Assembly: GCA_002501485.1 (NCBI GenBank)
Contig: DLTS01000036.1
Span: 7,515-71,514 of the forward strand
DNA length: 64,000 nucleotides
From: Acidimicrobiaceae bacterium UBA7830
GTDB lineage: Bacteria > Actinomycetota > Acidimicrobiia > Acidimicrobiales > Ilumatobacteraceae
Reading direction: 5' to 3'
The position numbers and the translations under genes are program-made. The notes below the pieces were generated by a model. It ran no database searches and had not been told where the DNA came from. It worked only from the letters and a program-made list of their open reading frames with translations. Shown one piece after another: positions 19,052 to 29,432 of the stretch. How positions within the stretch are numbered: the first letter of the stretch is position 1; each line of letters starts with the position of its first letter.

Positions 19052-21841
19052 TCAGGCTGCGCCGCAACAGTTCTTATATTTCTTCCCCGATCCACATGGA
19101 CACGGAGCGTTTCGAGGTGTCTTCTCGAACGCATCTTTCACCACCGTCTGCTGCTTTACTACAGGAGGGGGCGCGGCCGTTGGGGCTGGGGCACCCGATT
19201 CTTCTGCAACCGCCGCCGCCCGAGCTAAGGTAAATCCGCTTTCGTTCGACGACTCGCTGGAGGTCTGCTGCATATTCAGCACCTTTGGCGTGAGTTGAGG
19301 CTCGTCGGGCTGAGTGACCTGCACGTTCATCACGTAACGGACAAAATCTCTTGCAATGCCAGCCATCATTGCGCCGAACATCTGGAAACCTTCGCGCTGC
19401 CATTCAACGAGCGGGTCTTTTTGGCCCATCGCTCTAAGGTTGATGCCCTCTTGCAGATAATCCATCTCTTCAAGATGCTCTCGCCAACGCTGGTCGATAA
19501 TGCGCAACATCACTTGGCGTTCGACCTGACGCATGACCTCTTCGCCAAGTTCGACCTCGCGCTGCTCGTAATGGTTACGCGACTCTGCGAGTAGCACCTC
19601 GATGACTTCTTGCGAGGTGTGAAGGCGCCCGAGCTCTTCCGTCGTCGCGGTTGTTGGCCAATACAGCGCAGTTTCTTTCAGGAGACCGTCGAGATCCCAT
19701 TCGTCGGTGGCTGCCGATACACAGTGAACGCCAACGAGATCAGAGACGGCATCATCGAGATACTCGTAGGCAGCAGAGCGAAGGTCGGCTCCCTCAAGAA
19801 TCTGATCGCGCCTCTGGTAAATGATCTTGCGCTGTTCGTTCATCACCTCGTCGTATTTGAGGACGTTCTTACGAACTTCGGCGTTTTTCTGCTCGACGGT
19901 GGTCTGGGCACGTTCAATGGCCTTCGTCACCATCTTCGCTTCGATCGCCTCATCTTCATCGAAACGCCCCATTGCCCACTGCAGGGCGCCGGTGGCGAAC
20001 AACCGCATCAGTTCATCATCGAGGCTGAGATAGAAGCGGCTTTCCCCGGGGTCTCCTTGGCGACCAGAACGTCCGCGCAACTGGTTGTCGATACGGCGGC
20101 TGTCGTGCCGTTCAGAGGCAATGACATAGAGGCCGCCGAGTTCCCTTACTTTCGACCCCTCTTCAGCGCATTCGGTGGAGAACCGATTGAGGTGGTGCTC
20201 GTAGCGCTCGAAGGCGGCAACTCGTTGTTCGCGGAAGTCAACGGGCATGTGCTCCAACGGCTGTGGAAGTGCGAAATCATCGACGAGCAACTCTTCGTCG
20301 AAGCCTTCCTTCAGCACCTCTCTCCGGGCGAGAAGTTCGGCGTTGCCACCGAGGAGGATGTCGACACCGCGACCTGCCATGTTCGTTGCGACCGTGATCG
20401 ACCCAAGCCGGCCCGCTTGAGCGACGATTTCTGCCTCTCGGGTGTGTTGTTTGGCGTTCAGCACCTCGTGGTCGATGCCACGATCTCTCATCATCTTTGA
20501 GAGCAACTCGCTCTTTTCGACCGACACCGTGCCGACAAGCACCGGCTGGCCAGTCTCGTGGCGCTCGACAATGTCATCGATGACTGCGTTGAACTTTCCA
20601 ACCTCACTCTTGTAAATCAGGTCTGCCTGATCGAGTCGAGCAATTTCTCGATTCGTTGGGATGGGAACGACTCCGAGACCGTAGGTATTCATGAGCTCCG
20701 CCGCCTCGGTCGAAGCAGTACCGGTCATACCGGCAAGCTTGTCGTACATCCGGAAGTAGTTCTGCAAGGTGATCGTTGCGAGGGTCTGATTCTCCTCTTT
20801 GATCTTGACGCCCTCTTTCGCCTCCACCGCCTGGTGAATACCCTCAGACCAACGGCGACCCTCAAGAATTCGACCGGTGAACTCGTCAACGATCTTTACG
20901 TCTCCGCCTTGAACGATGTAATCCTTGTCACGGCGGTACAACTCTTTTGCCTTCAACGCCACCGTGAACTGGTGAACGAAGTTTGCCTGCACATCGTCGT
21001 AAAGGTTTTCAACTCCGAGGGCTTGCTCGACCTTCTCGATGCCGGGCTCGAGCGGAACAACAACTCGCTTATCTTCCTCAACCTCGTAATCAACGTCACG
21101 GGTGAGGGTCCGCACAATCGACGCAAATCGGTAATACAACTTTGCGGCATCGCCAACTCGGCCAGAAATGATCAGCGGGGTTCGCGCCTCATCGATAAGG
21201 ATTGAGTCAACCTCGTCAACAATGCAGAACGAGTTACCTCGTTGCACTTTGTCACTCAATCGACCCGCCATGTTGTCGCGCAGGTAGTCGAAACCAAATT
21301 CGTTATTCGTTCCGTAGGTGATATCGCAGCCGTAACTGGCGCGCTTTTCATCAGAGCCAGTCTTCACTCCGGGTATCACCAAGCCGACGGTCAAGCCGAG
21401 CCAACGATGTAACTGCCCCATCCACTCAGCATCTCGACGAGCGAGATAGTCGTTGACGGTGACGAGATGCACGCCTTTGCCTGAAAGCCCATTGAGGAAG
21501 GCCGGCAGAGTCGAAACAAGGGTTTTGCCCTCTCCGGTTTTCATTTCGGCTACCCAGCCAAAGTGCAGCGCCGCACCACCCATCAACTGGACGTCGTAGT
21601 GACGCTGTCCCAGCACGCGATTAGCTGCTTCGCGAGTAACTGCAAACGCTTCGATGAGAAGATCGTCGAGCGTTTCGCCGCGGTCGAGCCGCTCGCGAAA
21701 TTCAACAGTTTTATGTCGGAGGTCATCATCTGACAGCGATCCGATCGAATCTCCAAGCGCGCCAATATCGGGCACGATGCCCTCAAGAGCCTTTAGTTTC
21801 TTGCCCTCACCAGCGCGAAGGACGCGATCAAGAATTCCCAT
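19052..21841 (-). CDS. secA: Preprotein translocase ATPase SecA
   Basis: 929 aa, [14 protein letters not shown] Walker [21 protein letters not shown]-terminal zinc finger [14 protein letters not shown]. Confidence 0.97.
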   Translation of the reverse strand: MGILDRVLRAGEGKKLKALEGIVPDIGALGDSIGSLSDDDLRHKTVEFRERLDRGETLDDLLIEAFAVTREAANRVLGQRHYDVQLMGGAALHFGWVAEMKTGEGKTLVSTLPAFLNGLSGKGVHLVTVNDYLARRDAEWMGQLHRWLGLTVGLVIPGVKTGSDEKRASYGCDITYGTNNEFGFDYLRDNMAGRLSDKVQRGNSFCIVDEVDSILIDEARTPLIISGRVGDAAKLYYRFASIVRTLTRDVDYEVEEDKRVVVPLEPGIEKVEQALGVENLYDDVQANFVHQFTVALKAKELYRRDKDYIVQGGDVKIVDEFTGRILEGRRWSEGIHQAVEAKEGVKIKEENQTLATITLQNYFRMYDKLAGMTGTASTEAAELMNTYGLGVVPIPTNREIARLDQADLIYKSEVGKFNAVIDDIVERHETGQPVLVGTVSVEKSELLSKMMRDRGIDHEVLNAKQHTREAEIVAQAGRLGSITVATNMAGRGVDILLGGNAELLARREVLKEGFDEELLVDDFALPQPLEHMPVDFREQRVAAFERYEHHLNRFSTECAEEGSKVRELGGLYVIASERHDSRRIDNQLRGRSGRQGDPGESRFYLSLDDELMRLFATGALQWAMGRFDEDEAIEAKMVTKAIERAQTTVEQKNAEVRKNVLKYDEVMNEQRKIIYQRRDQILEGADLRSAAYEYLDDAVSDLVGVHCVSAATDEWDLDGLLKETALYWPTTATTEELGRLHTSQEVIEVLLAESRNHYEQREVELGEEVMRQVERQVMLRIIDQRWREHLEEMDYLQEGINLRAMGQKDPLVEWQREGFQMFGAMMAGIARDFVRYVMNVQVTQPDEPQLTPKVLNMQQTSSESSNESGFTLARAAAVAEESGAPAPTAAPPPVVKQQTVVKDAFEKTPRNAPCPCGSGKKYKNCCGAA

Positions 21842-21869
21842 GCGGTCATGAGCCTATCGGCGGGTACTC

Positions 21870-22580
21870 TCAGGCTGCCGCCCGAAATAGCCCACGTGGT
21901 GCCTCACGGCCTTCGGCAACACGTTTTGGTATCGCTGCAACCGCAGCAACATGGATGTGGCTGACTCCGGCAGTTCTCAAGGCGCCCGACGCCGCAGCAA
22001 GGGTTGCTCCGGTGGTGACAACATCGTCAATCAACAACACTCGTGAATAGCGGGTACGCCGTCCCCTAAAACCAGGGCCATTCTGACGCTCGAGACCGCT
22101 CCGGGTTTTCTGCTCTGCAGAGTTAGCCCTAACGAGGGTTCGAACGACCGGCAGCCCGAGCTGCGCCCCGACCATGCGAGCCATCAACTCACACGGATCA
22201 AAACCGCGCTCACGACGACGACGCTCCGAGCTAGGAACCCACGTGACCGCATGGATGTCAACCCCTGGAACGAGACCATCGTGAATAATGCTCCGAGATA
22301 ACAGACCACTGAGATACTTAGCCGCACCTCGATGGTTCTTAAATTTCATGCCGTTGACAACGTCACGAAGACACCCGCTGAACTCGCCGACAATCGTTCG
22401 GTTGGTCTCGGCCGGTGAACCTGTCGAGACCGAGCGCAACTGTTCGATAATTGAGCATCGACACAGCCGGCATACCTCGGCTCCGTCTTGACCGCACGCC
22501 GCACAAATTGGCGGACAGATTGCGTCGACGACCTGCAAAAGGGCTCTTCGGCAGAATTGAAACAGATTATTGAACACCAC
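21870..22580 (-). CDS. comFC: ComF family (ComFC-like) phosphoribosyltransferase-domain protein
   Basis: N-terminal Cys4 region (CPPICAACG...CRLCRC) and PRT motif VLLIDDVVTTGATL, in the conserved position upstream of secA. Confidence 0.8.
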   Translation of the reverse strand: MVFNNLFQFCRRALLQVVDAICPPICAACGQDGAEVCRLCRCSIIEQLRSVSTGSPAETNRTIVGEFSGCLRDVVNGMKFKNHRGAAKYLSGLLSRSIIHDGLVPGVDIHAVTWVPSSERRRRERGFDPCELMARMVGAQLGLPVVRTLVRANSAEQKTRSGLERQNGPGFRGRRTRYSRVLLIDDVVTTGATLAAASGALRTAGVSHIHVAAVAAIPKRVAEGREAPRGLFRAAA

Positions 22581-22616
22581 CTCGTCAGCATGACGGAAGG
22601 GTGTGACAGTCGGTGC

Positions 22617-24074
22617 TTAGTAGCGGTAGTGCTCTGGCTTGAATGGGCCCGACGGCTCAACACCGAGGTACTCGGCCTGCTCGTCGGTGAGTTTCGTCAA
22701 CCGCACACCCAGCGAGTCGAGGTGGAATGTAGCAACACGCTCATCGAGATGCTTCGGCAGCACATGAACACCGAGTGGATAGCGATCGAGATGGTTAAAC
22801 AACTCGATCTGGGCAAGCACCTGGTTCGAGAACGAACAACTCATTACAAAGCTCGGATGACCAGTTGCGCAACCCAAGTTCACGAGGCGTCCCTCCGCAA
22901 GAACGATCACCTGATGACCATCATCGAACGTCCAGACGTCGGTTCCCGGCTTCAACTCATCACGCACCGCACCTGAGCGAGCAAGTCCAGCCATATCAAT
23001 TTCGTTGTCGAAGTGACCGATATTGCAGACGATTGCATTGTGCTTCATCTCACGCATGTGATCGGTAGTGATGATGTCGGCATTACCCGTAGCGGTGACG
23101 AACAAATCAGCATCTCCGACAACCTCATCGAGAGGAAGCACCTGCAAGCCCTCCATTGCGGCCTGCAGCGCATTGATCGGATCGATCTCAGTAACGATCA
23201 CTCGGCAACCCTGCCCACGCAGAGACTGAGCACAGCCCTTACCGACATCGCCATACCCGCAAACGACCGCAACTTTGCCGCCCAACATGATGTCCGTTCC
23301 ACGACTGATTGAGTCGACCAGTGAGTGGCGGCAGCCGTACAGGTTGTCGAACTTCGATTTGGTGACCGAGTCGTTCACATTGATCGCCGGGAACAACAAC
23401 GTGTTGTCCTCAGCCATCTTGTACAGCCGCTTCACACCTGTGGTGGTCTCTTCGGTAACACCTTTAATGAGCTTCGCCATGCGCGTCCACTTTGTCGGGT
23501 CAGACTTCAGCGTCCGCTGCAACAGCCCAAGGATGACTGCGAGTTCTGCGTTATTCGCTTCGGTCGGGTCAGGCACCTGCCCAGCTGCTTCATACTCAAC
23601 ACCCCTGTGAAGTAACAGCGTTGCATCGCCACCATCGTCCAGGATCATGTTGGGACCGTCGTGACCCTCCCAGGTCATCATCTGCTCGGTACACCACCAA
23701 TATTCCTCAAGAGTCTCACCTTTCCAGGCAAAGACCGGCACGCCCTGCGGATCGTCTTCGGTCCCGTCAGGCCCCACGACAACCGCTGCCGCCGCGTGGT
23801 CTTGGGTAGAAAAAATGTTGCATGAAGCCCATCGAACTTCAGCCCCCAACGTCGTCAACGTCTCAATGAGCACTGCGGTCTGAACCGTCATATGCAGCGA
23901 TCCTGAAATGCGGGCGCCAGCAAGCGGCTTTGTAGAGGCATACTCACGGCGAATTGCCATCAGGCCTGGCATTTCATGCTCAGCGAGCAACATCTCTTTG
24001 CGGCCAAATGGTGCCAATGAAAGATCAGCAACACGGAAATCTTGCGAGGCCGAAATACGGGTTTGAGTAGACAT
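22617..24074 (-). CDS. ahcY: Adenosylhomocysteinase
   Basis: [27 protein letters not shown]..., NAD site [15 protein letters not shown]-terminal ...PFKPEHYRY. Start set to ATG 24074. Confidence 0.95.
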   Translation of the reverse strand: MSTQTRISASQDFRVADLSLAPFGRKEMLLAEHEMPGLMAIRREYASTKPLAGARISGSLHMTVQTAVLIETLTTLGAEVRWASCNIFSTQDHAAAAVVVGPDGTEDDPQGVPVFAWKGETLEEYWWCTEQMMTWEGHDGPNMILDDGGDATLLLHRGVEYEAAGQVPDPTEANNAELAVILGLLQRTLKSDPTKWTRMAKLIKGVTEETTTGVKRLYKMAEDNTLLFPAINVNDSVTKSKFDNLYGCRHSLVDSISRGTDIMLGGKVAVVCGYGDVGKGCAQSLRGQGCRVIVTEIDPINALQAAMEGLQVLPLDEVVGDADLFVTATGNADIITTDHMREMKHNAIVCNIGHFDNEIDMAGLARSGAVRDELKPGTDVWTFDDGHQVIVLAEGRLVNLGCATGHPSFVMSCSFSNQVLAQIELFNHLDRYPLGVHVLPKHLDERVATFHLDSLGVRLTKLTDEQAEYLGVEPSGPFKPEHYRY

Positions 24075-24206
24075 GGCGGTTCTCCTCGACTGAAGTCGTT
24101 TAGTGAAAGTCTGATTGAGGAACGAGCCGGAGCCTCCTGGCCCGATCACGACAGCCCGCGGAAGACCTCAGCCTAACGTTGCGAATCGAAACCGTGACGA
24201 ACGCTG

Positions 24207-24416
24207 TCAACCTGAGGCAATCGCAAGCAGCCGCTGCACCTCGTCTTTGGAGATCTGAGAGGCCTCATCAATGAGCATCACTGGGATGTTGTCACGAACT
24301 GGATAGGTGCGGAGGAGCCGATCGTTCAGCAACACGCCTTCGGACTCGACATACACCAACACACCCTTATCTTCGGGGCAAACCAAGATTTCAAGAAGCT
24401 GGGGGTCGAGTGACAT
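24207..24416 (-). CDS. Trm112 family (DUF343) small protein
   Basis: 69 aa, LLEILVCPEDKGVL...PVRDNIPVMLIDEA. GGAGA Shine-Dalgarno sequence 5-6 nt upstream. Confidence 0.8.
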   Translation of the reverse strand: MSLDPQLLEILVCPEDKGVLVYVESEGVLLNDRLLRTYPVRDNIPVMLIDEASQISKDEVQRLLAIASG

Positions 24417-24475
24417 GACGTCTCCTTTTCAGATCGCCTACAGCGTACCGAGCAGTTGCTGTGCAATCCGCACAC

Positions 24476-25828
24476 CTATGCGGTGATGATGTCGAGCACT
24501 TCTGCGACATGAGTATCACACGACGCCACGTCTGCAGCCTCAAGATTCAATCGCAGTAGCGGTTCGGTATTCGAGGGGCGGAGATTGAACCACCATTCGC
24601 CAGCATCGACGGTAAGCCCGTCGAGCTCATCGAGATCGCAATGCGAATACGCGTCTCGAACCCGATCGATGACCGCCGAGGGATCGTCGACCACAGTGTT
24701 GATTTCACCTGAAGCGACATATGGCTCGTAGGGCGTGCGCAACTCTGAAAGTATCAAGCCCGAACGAGCTAGTTCAGAGATCATAATGAGACTCGCGATC
24801 AAACCCGAATCTGCTCTGAAATTGTCAGCAAAGTAGTAGTGGGCCGAGTGCTCGCCACCAAACACGGCATTCCTACTCGCCATCTCTGTTTTGATGTAAC
24901 TGTGGCCCACGCGAGTGCGCACAGGGTTTCCGCCATGCGCTGCAATCGTCTCTGGCACCGCTTTCGAACAGATCAGATTGTGCAAAATCGTTGACCCCGG
25001 ATGATCGCGCAGCATCGCCACTGCAAGGACCGCAGTCGTCACCGACCCGCTCAGCCCGACGCCCTTCTCGTCAACGATGAAGACCCGGTCGGCATCACCA
25101 TCGAAGGCCAAACCAATGTCAAATCCGCCCGACACCACTCTCGCTTGAAGATCGCGCTGGTTCGCAGGCTGCAACGGATCGGCCGGATGATTAGGAAACG
25201 TGCCGTCGAGCTCTCCATACATAACCTCGAGTTCGATCATCGGAAGTCTCTCAAAGAGTGCCGGCACAACGAGACCGCCCATGCCATTCGCCGTATCGAC
25301 AACAACACGCATTGGCTTGAGTGCCGCGACATCAACAAATGACATGACGTGATCGACAAACCCATCGAGCATGTCGCGTTGTTCGCGTTGGCCACGCGCT
25401 GCTGCTACCTCTGGCACGTCTCCGTCAAGCATTGCCTGAGCAGCATCACGAATATCTGCCAAGCCCGAATCAATGCCGACAGGACGAGCCCCCGCCTGAC
25501 AGAACTTGATGCCGTTGTACTGCGCAGGGTTGTGCGACGCCGTAAAGACAGCACCGGGCAGATCAAGTCGCCCAGAAGCGAAATAGAGAAGGTCGGTCGA
25601 CACTAGACCGAGGTCGATCACATCGATACCTGCATCTTGGACACCCTCGGCGAACGCACCTACAAACTCTGGCCCGCTTGGACGCATGTCTCGACCAACG
25701 ACGATCGCATCAGAGCCTACATAGCGGGCAAACGCTGAGCCGAGCGCCCGAGCCGTCGGGACATCAAACTCTTCAGGGATGACACCCCGAACGTCGTACG
25801 CCTTTACGATCCGGGAAAGATCCGCCAT
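24476..25828 (-). CDS. manB: Phosphomannomutase/phosphoglucomutase
   Basis: Active-site loop TASHNPAQYNGIK, metal site FDGDADR, 450 aa. Confidence 0.9.
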   Translation of the reverse strand: MADLSRIVKAYDVRGVIPEEFDVPTARALGSAFARYVGSDAIVVGRDMRPSGPEFVGAFAEGVQDAGIDVIDLGLVSTDLLYFASGRLDLPGAVFTASHNPAQYNGIKFCQAGARPVGIDSGLADIRDAAQAMLDGDVPEVAAARGQREQRDMLDGFVDHVMSFVDVAALKPMRVVVDTANGMGGLVVPALFERLPMIELEVMYGELDGTFPNHPADPLQPANQRDLQARVVSGGFDIGLAFDGDADRVFIVDEKGVGLSGSVTTAVLAVAMLRDHPGSTILHNLICSKAVPETIAAHGGNPVRTRVGHSYIKTEMASRNAVFGGEHSAHYYFADNFRADSGLIASLIMISELARSGLILSELRTPYEPYVASGEINTVVDDPSAVIDRVRDAYSHCDLDELDGLTVDAGEWWFNLRPSNTEPLLRLNLEAADVASCDTHVAEVLDIITA

Positions 25829-25849
25829 TGCGGGGAGGCTAACTGGCGA

Positions 25850-28462
25850 TTACGCAGTGCCGCTCTCGTTCACAGGAACGACATCGTCGGCGAGAGCATC
25901 ATCGACAGCTGGTTCAACCGGTGCGGGGTAGTGACCATGGTCGAGATCTCCATCGCGACGCCAGCGAATACAGAGGCCGATGCCCGCAAGCGACAGCAGA
26001 ACCGTCACCCAATCGAGGCCGGTACGGGAATATGTCAGCGACACCTCGTTACTCGTTGGGACGACCACCATTGCATTCGGAGCGATTCGGTACACCTCGT
26101 CAGCTCCTTCAACCGACCAGTTCGGGAAGTAACTCACCTTGATGAGCACCGGCACCCCCGTCTGATCAACTTCAAACTCGATGATGTTCTGATCGATTAC
26201 CACGTTCTCGATCGATACGGCCGGAAGCAAAACCTGAGTGATGGGCTCGGCAGGGACCACAATGTCGACGCGCCGCCCAGGGCCTCTAGGCACACCTTCT
26301 TGGCGGCTCACATCAACTACCGCATCGATGCGCTGCCATGACTCAGGACCATCATCTGCTGGCATTGCGACCCAATCTGAAGGATGCTGAAACCAACTCG
26401 TTCCAAGCTCGAGATGACGTTCACGTTGATCACCAGCACGCTCATTGACCACCACCGGCTGCACGGCGAGAGGCACGACGATGTCAGAATTTGCTACCTC
26501 GTAGACCTCCCACGGGCCTGACGATGCGGCAAGGGTCAGCTCAGGCTGCTGCCGAGCTTCAACTTTTGCCTCATCGGTGCGAACCATCGCGTATTTCACA
26601 CCCAAGTCTTGGAGGTGCCGCACGCCCACCGAGGCATTGTTGTCGACATAGCGAAGTTCACGAACAGGGTTCGATGACTGCTTCGACATCGCGGCAGTTG
26701 CCAAAAATGAATATGGAGTTGTTCCAGATGCCTCGAAGAACAACGCCTCCATCGACCCGATACACCCGTCCGTCCAGAACGGCAAGAGCATCAGCGCCAT
26801 CGTCGTGCCGTATTGACCGTTATCGGGGCTGTTCTCCCAAAGCGCTCGGCCGCAGCCGCGCTCCGGATCGTCACCGAGGGCTGCCATTGCTGCAACGATC
26901 GAGTGATACTCGGTATACGCAGCACCTCGCCCCTCGTAACCGGTGAAGTTGTAGCTCGACCACCCATCTCCGGACGCTCTCACGTTGGTTGACGTCGCCT
27001 TGAATGGCCCCCAGCCGTACACCTGTGCGCCATTGTGGGTAGTGATGCCTCCCCCTGGCAGCACCTGAAACATGAAGCCCAGCACGCTAAGAACACAGAG
27101 AGCCGAAAGTGCTCCGAAGCCCGTCGCAACGCGATGACCAACCGGCTTAACTGCCTGCCGCTCCTTCACGACGTTCCACGCAACATTCATGACCGCAACA
27201 GCACCCACCATCATCAGCATGTATCGAACGAGGTAGAGGAACGGCAACAAACGAGGGTTCCACAACAGCCCGATTACGGGCAACGAATCTCGAGCCAGAT
27301 ATACCCCGGAAAAGATCACTAGACCGGTTATGCCCAGCGCACTTCCATTTTGATGGCGGCGAAGCACACTCCACACGATTCCGATGATTGCAAGCACGGA
27401 AATGATGATGTCTAACGGCGCGGTCAATGGGAAGAACATGTCCCAGAACGAATCCTCGGCACCTTCTGGTCGTGGGCCGTACTTCATGTCAGTCATGTAC
27501 TCGTGATTCACCAAGAACGGACCAACCCACCACGCAACGAGCAAAAAGGCCGTGATGCCGGTCGTCAACACCCATCGCCAACGATCGCGATCGACCCACA
27601 GGGCAGTGAACACGAGTGCCGCCACCGATATGAAAATGAGGACGATTCCATGCGACACCGCAGCAGCTGCGATCAGTGCCGCCGTCCACACCCGGTATTT
27701 GCCGGTTCTCAGCCCAGCAGCGAGTGCACCGAGGGCAAGTATTGCCAAGGTGAGGGCGATCGAAAACGAGAATTCTCCCGCCATCGTCGACTTCAAGTTG
27801 CCGCCATAGATCGTGAAACTTTCGTCGAGCAAAAAAGCGAGGCCAGCAAAGGCGAACAACTCAGGAATCGGAAACGCGAATTTTGCGAGTCGGCCGAATC
27901 CCCAACATGCGGCAGGCAGCGTCAATAAGCCGAGTACACCGACGAGTTTCAACGCAACGCCGTATGGAAGTAGCACGTCGACCAGCACCACAGCAAGGGC
28001 CGGCAACACCATGTAAAAGCGATACGCGGGCATGCCGCCGTACCAGTCCATTGTCCAACCGTTGAGGCGGAAGCCCGGCAGAAGGTGGTCTCGCAGGAAT
28101 GCTGGCCCCCACACGTGGGCTCCGAAGTCGCCACCGGTCGGCGTGTTGTCATCAAAAATAAGGTCTGCCCCCGGGCTCAATGGATTGAGGTGAACAACGT
28201 TCATCATGATCGTCGTCGTAACCGCTAGCGAGAACGCCGTAAACGAACACTTCCAGATGCGACTCGAATCCCACTCTGACGACAGCCAATGGCGTGGACG
28301 CTCGGTGAGCCGCAGGAATACTCGCTGCGCCAGCGAAGGCGCGCGGGCGGCAGTTTCTCCATTGTCAGTGTCAGAACCCTCTTGTTCCTCGACTTCGCTA
28401 CTCACATTGCTAGTCTGCCACGACCGACCGAATGTTCGCAGAACACCAGCTTGCGGTTCCAT
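25850..28462 (-). CDS. Large polytopic membrane protein, GT-C-like (function unknown)
   Basis: 870 aa from ATG 28462, which lies 1 nt after the CPBP stop. Acidic N-terminus, about 12 TM spans, an FDDN motif in the first predicted loop, a roughly 350-aa soluble region and a final TM. No family name assigned with confidence. Confidence 0.6.
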   Translation of the reverse strand: MEPQAGVLRTFGRSWQTSNVSSEVEEQEGSDTDNGETAARAPSLAQRVFLRLTERPRHWLSSEWDSSRIWKCSFTAFSLAVTTTIMMNVVHLNPLSPGADLIFDDNTPTGGDFGAHVWGPAFLRDHLLPGFRLNGWTMDWYGGMPAYRFYMVLPALAVVLVDVLLPYGVALKLVGVLGLLTLPAACWGFGRLAKFAFPIPELFAFAGLAFLLDESFTIYGGNLKSTMAGEFSFSIALTLAILALGALAAGLRTGKYRVWTAALIAAAAVSHGIVLIFISVAALVFTALWVDRDRWRWVLTTGITAFLLVAWWVGPFLVNHEYMTDMKYGPRPEGAEDSFWDMFFPLTAPLDIIISVLAIIGIVWSVLRRHQNGSALGITGLVIFSGVYLARDSLPVIGLLWNPRLLPFLYLVRYMLMMVGAVAVMNVAWNVVKERQAVKPVGHRVATGFGALSALCVLSVLGFMFQVLPGGGITTHNGAQVYGWGPFKATSTNVRASGDGWSSYNFTGYEGRGAAYTEYHSIVAAMAALGDDPERGCGRALWENSPDNGQYGTTMALMLLPFWTDGCIGSMEALFFEASGTTPYSFLATAAMSKQSSNPVRELRYVDNNASVGVRHLQDLGVKYAMVRTDEAKVEARQQPELTLAASSGPWEVYEVANSDIVVPLAVQPVVVNERAGDQRERHLELGTSWFQHPSDWVAMPADDGPESWQRIDAVVDVSRQEGVPRGPGRRVDIVVPAEPITQVLLPAVSIENVVIDQNIIEFEVDQTGVPVLIKVSYFPNWSVEGADEVYRIAPNAMVVVPTSNEVSLTYSRTGLDWVTVLLSLAGIGLCIRWRRDGDLDHGHYPAPVEPAVDDALADDVVPVNESGTA

Positions 28463-28463
28463 G

Positions 28464-29201
28464 TCAGCCAAAGAGCAAGAGCGCAAAGATTCCGGTTGCG
28501 TTGAACGATGCGTGCGTAATGATCGATGCACCAAGTCGACCCGTTCGAAGCAACATACACCCGAAGACAACGCCGGCTAACGCAAGCCCCGGCAACTCCA
28601 CCGGCCGAAGATGGATGAGACCGAAAAAGATCGACGCGGCAAACAGCCCCGCAACGGGGCCAAATCTGGCTGACGCGGACCGCTGCAACAGGCCGCGATA
28701 CACCAACTCTTCGACGAGCGGCGCACCAACCACCACGACAAGTACGAGGAGCAAGGTCTTCCAGCCTCCGGCTGAATCAACAAGATCTTTCGCCGTTTCT
28801 TCAAGGGCCGAGCTATCAAAGGTGGAGGGCCAGATCGCTCTTAATGGGACATAGATCACAGGCACAAGGATCACCTGAGCCAACACACCCACTGGAATAC
28901 CGATGAGATCGATCCACCGAAACGACAGCCCGAACATTGTTCGAAAATCGACCGCCTGCATGCGGCACGCCGTCCACAACGCCACCAGCAGGCATGTCCA
29001 CGACGCGACCGCCATTGTGGTCAATGTGAGGGTGCCGGTTCCATTTTCTGTCGACGAGAGGGCGTAGATCACGCCCCCGAGAACAATGCCCCCGACCGAC
29101 CAGCCAAGAGACCACAGTGCGAGCGCCTGCCCTAACGGGACAGACGGAGATCGTTCAGACAGCGACACGCCAGCCGAGTTGCTGGATGCGCCGATCGACA
29201 A
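28464..29201 (-). CDS. CPBP family intramembrane glutamic endopeptidase (CAAX protease-like)
   Basis: LVEELVYRGLL, FGLIH and HASFN motifs. Start uncertain: TTG 29201 or GTG 29168. Confidence 0.8.
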   Translation of the reverse strand: MSIGASSNSAGVSLSERSPSVPLGQALALWSLGWSVGGIVLGGVIYALSSTENGTGTLTLTTMAVASWTCLLVALWTACRMQAVDFRTMFGLSFRWIDLIGIPVGVLAQVILVPVIYVPLRAIWPSTFDSSALEETAKDLVDSAGGWKTLLLVLVVVVGAPLVEELVYRGLLQRSASARFGPVAGLFAASIFFGLIHLRPVELPGLALAGVVFGCMLLRTGRLGASIITHASFNATGIFALLLFG

Positions 29202-29394
29202 TTTCCCACCCCTGAGGGGCGGTCAGACGGCGAGCGTGATCTCGGCACAAATCGTAAGTATGTGGCTCGCGTTCAGGCGACAATCCGTCAATCCACACCT
29301 GTGAATTTTGGTACTCGTAACTCAACGTTGCAGTTGCATGCTCGGAACAACCCGTTTTAGTGCAAAGGCGAAACACGTCACAACCGTAGGGCAC
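29155..29394 (-). CDS. DUF3499-type small Cys/His protein
   Basis: ...CTKTGCSEHATATLSYEY...YDLCRDHARRLTAPQGWEIVD matches the actinobacterial DUF3499 pattern as I recall it. GTG start at 29394, or 29376. Confidence 0.65.
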   Translation of the reverse strand: MPYGCDVFRLCTKTGCSEHATATLSYEYQNSQVWIDGLSPEREPHTYDLCRDHARRLTAPQGWEIVDRRIQQLGWRVAV

Positions 29395-29432
29395 GACGTG
29401 CCCAGAACGGCGGATGCCTCTATCCTTGAGTT

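Noticed and set aside
19610-20500. A 296-aa plus-strand ORF, with several shorter ones, inside secA
   Set aside because: It is antisense to a strongly conserved SecA frame, its translation is low-complexity and R/L-rich, and long stop-free antisense frames are expected in high-GC DNA.
24075-24206. Possible SAH riboswitch in the 132-nt ahcY leader
   Set aside because: SAH riboswitches do occur upstream of ahcY in some bacteria. Here I find only a loose AGGCUCCGG and a UGAGG/CCUCA pairing, not the conserved AGGCUCGG...CAACGGCGCUC core as I remember it. This needs an Infernal scan (RF01057) to settle.
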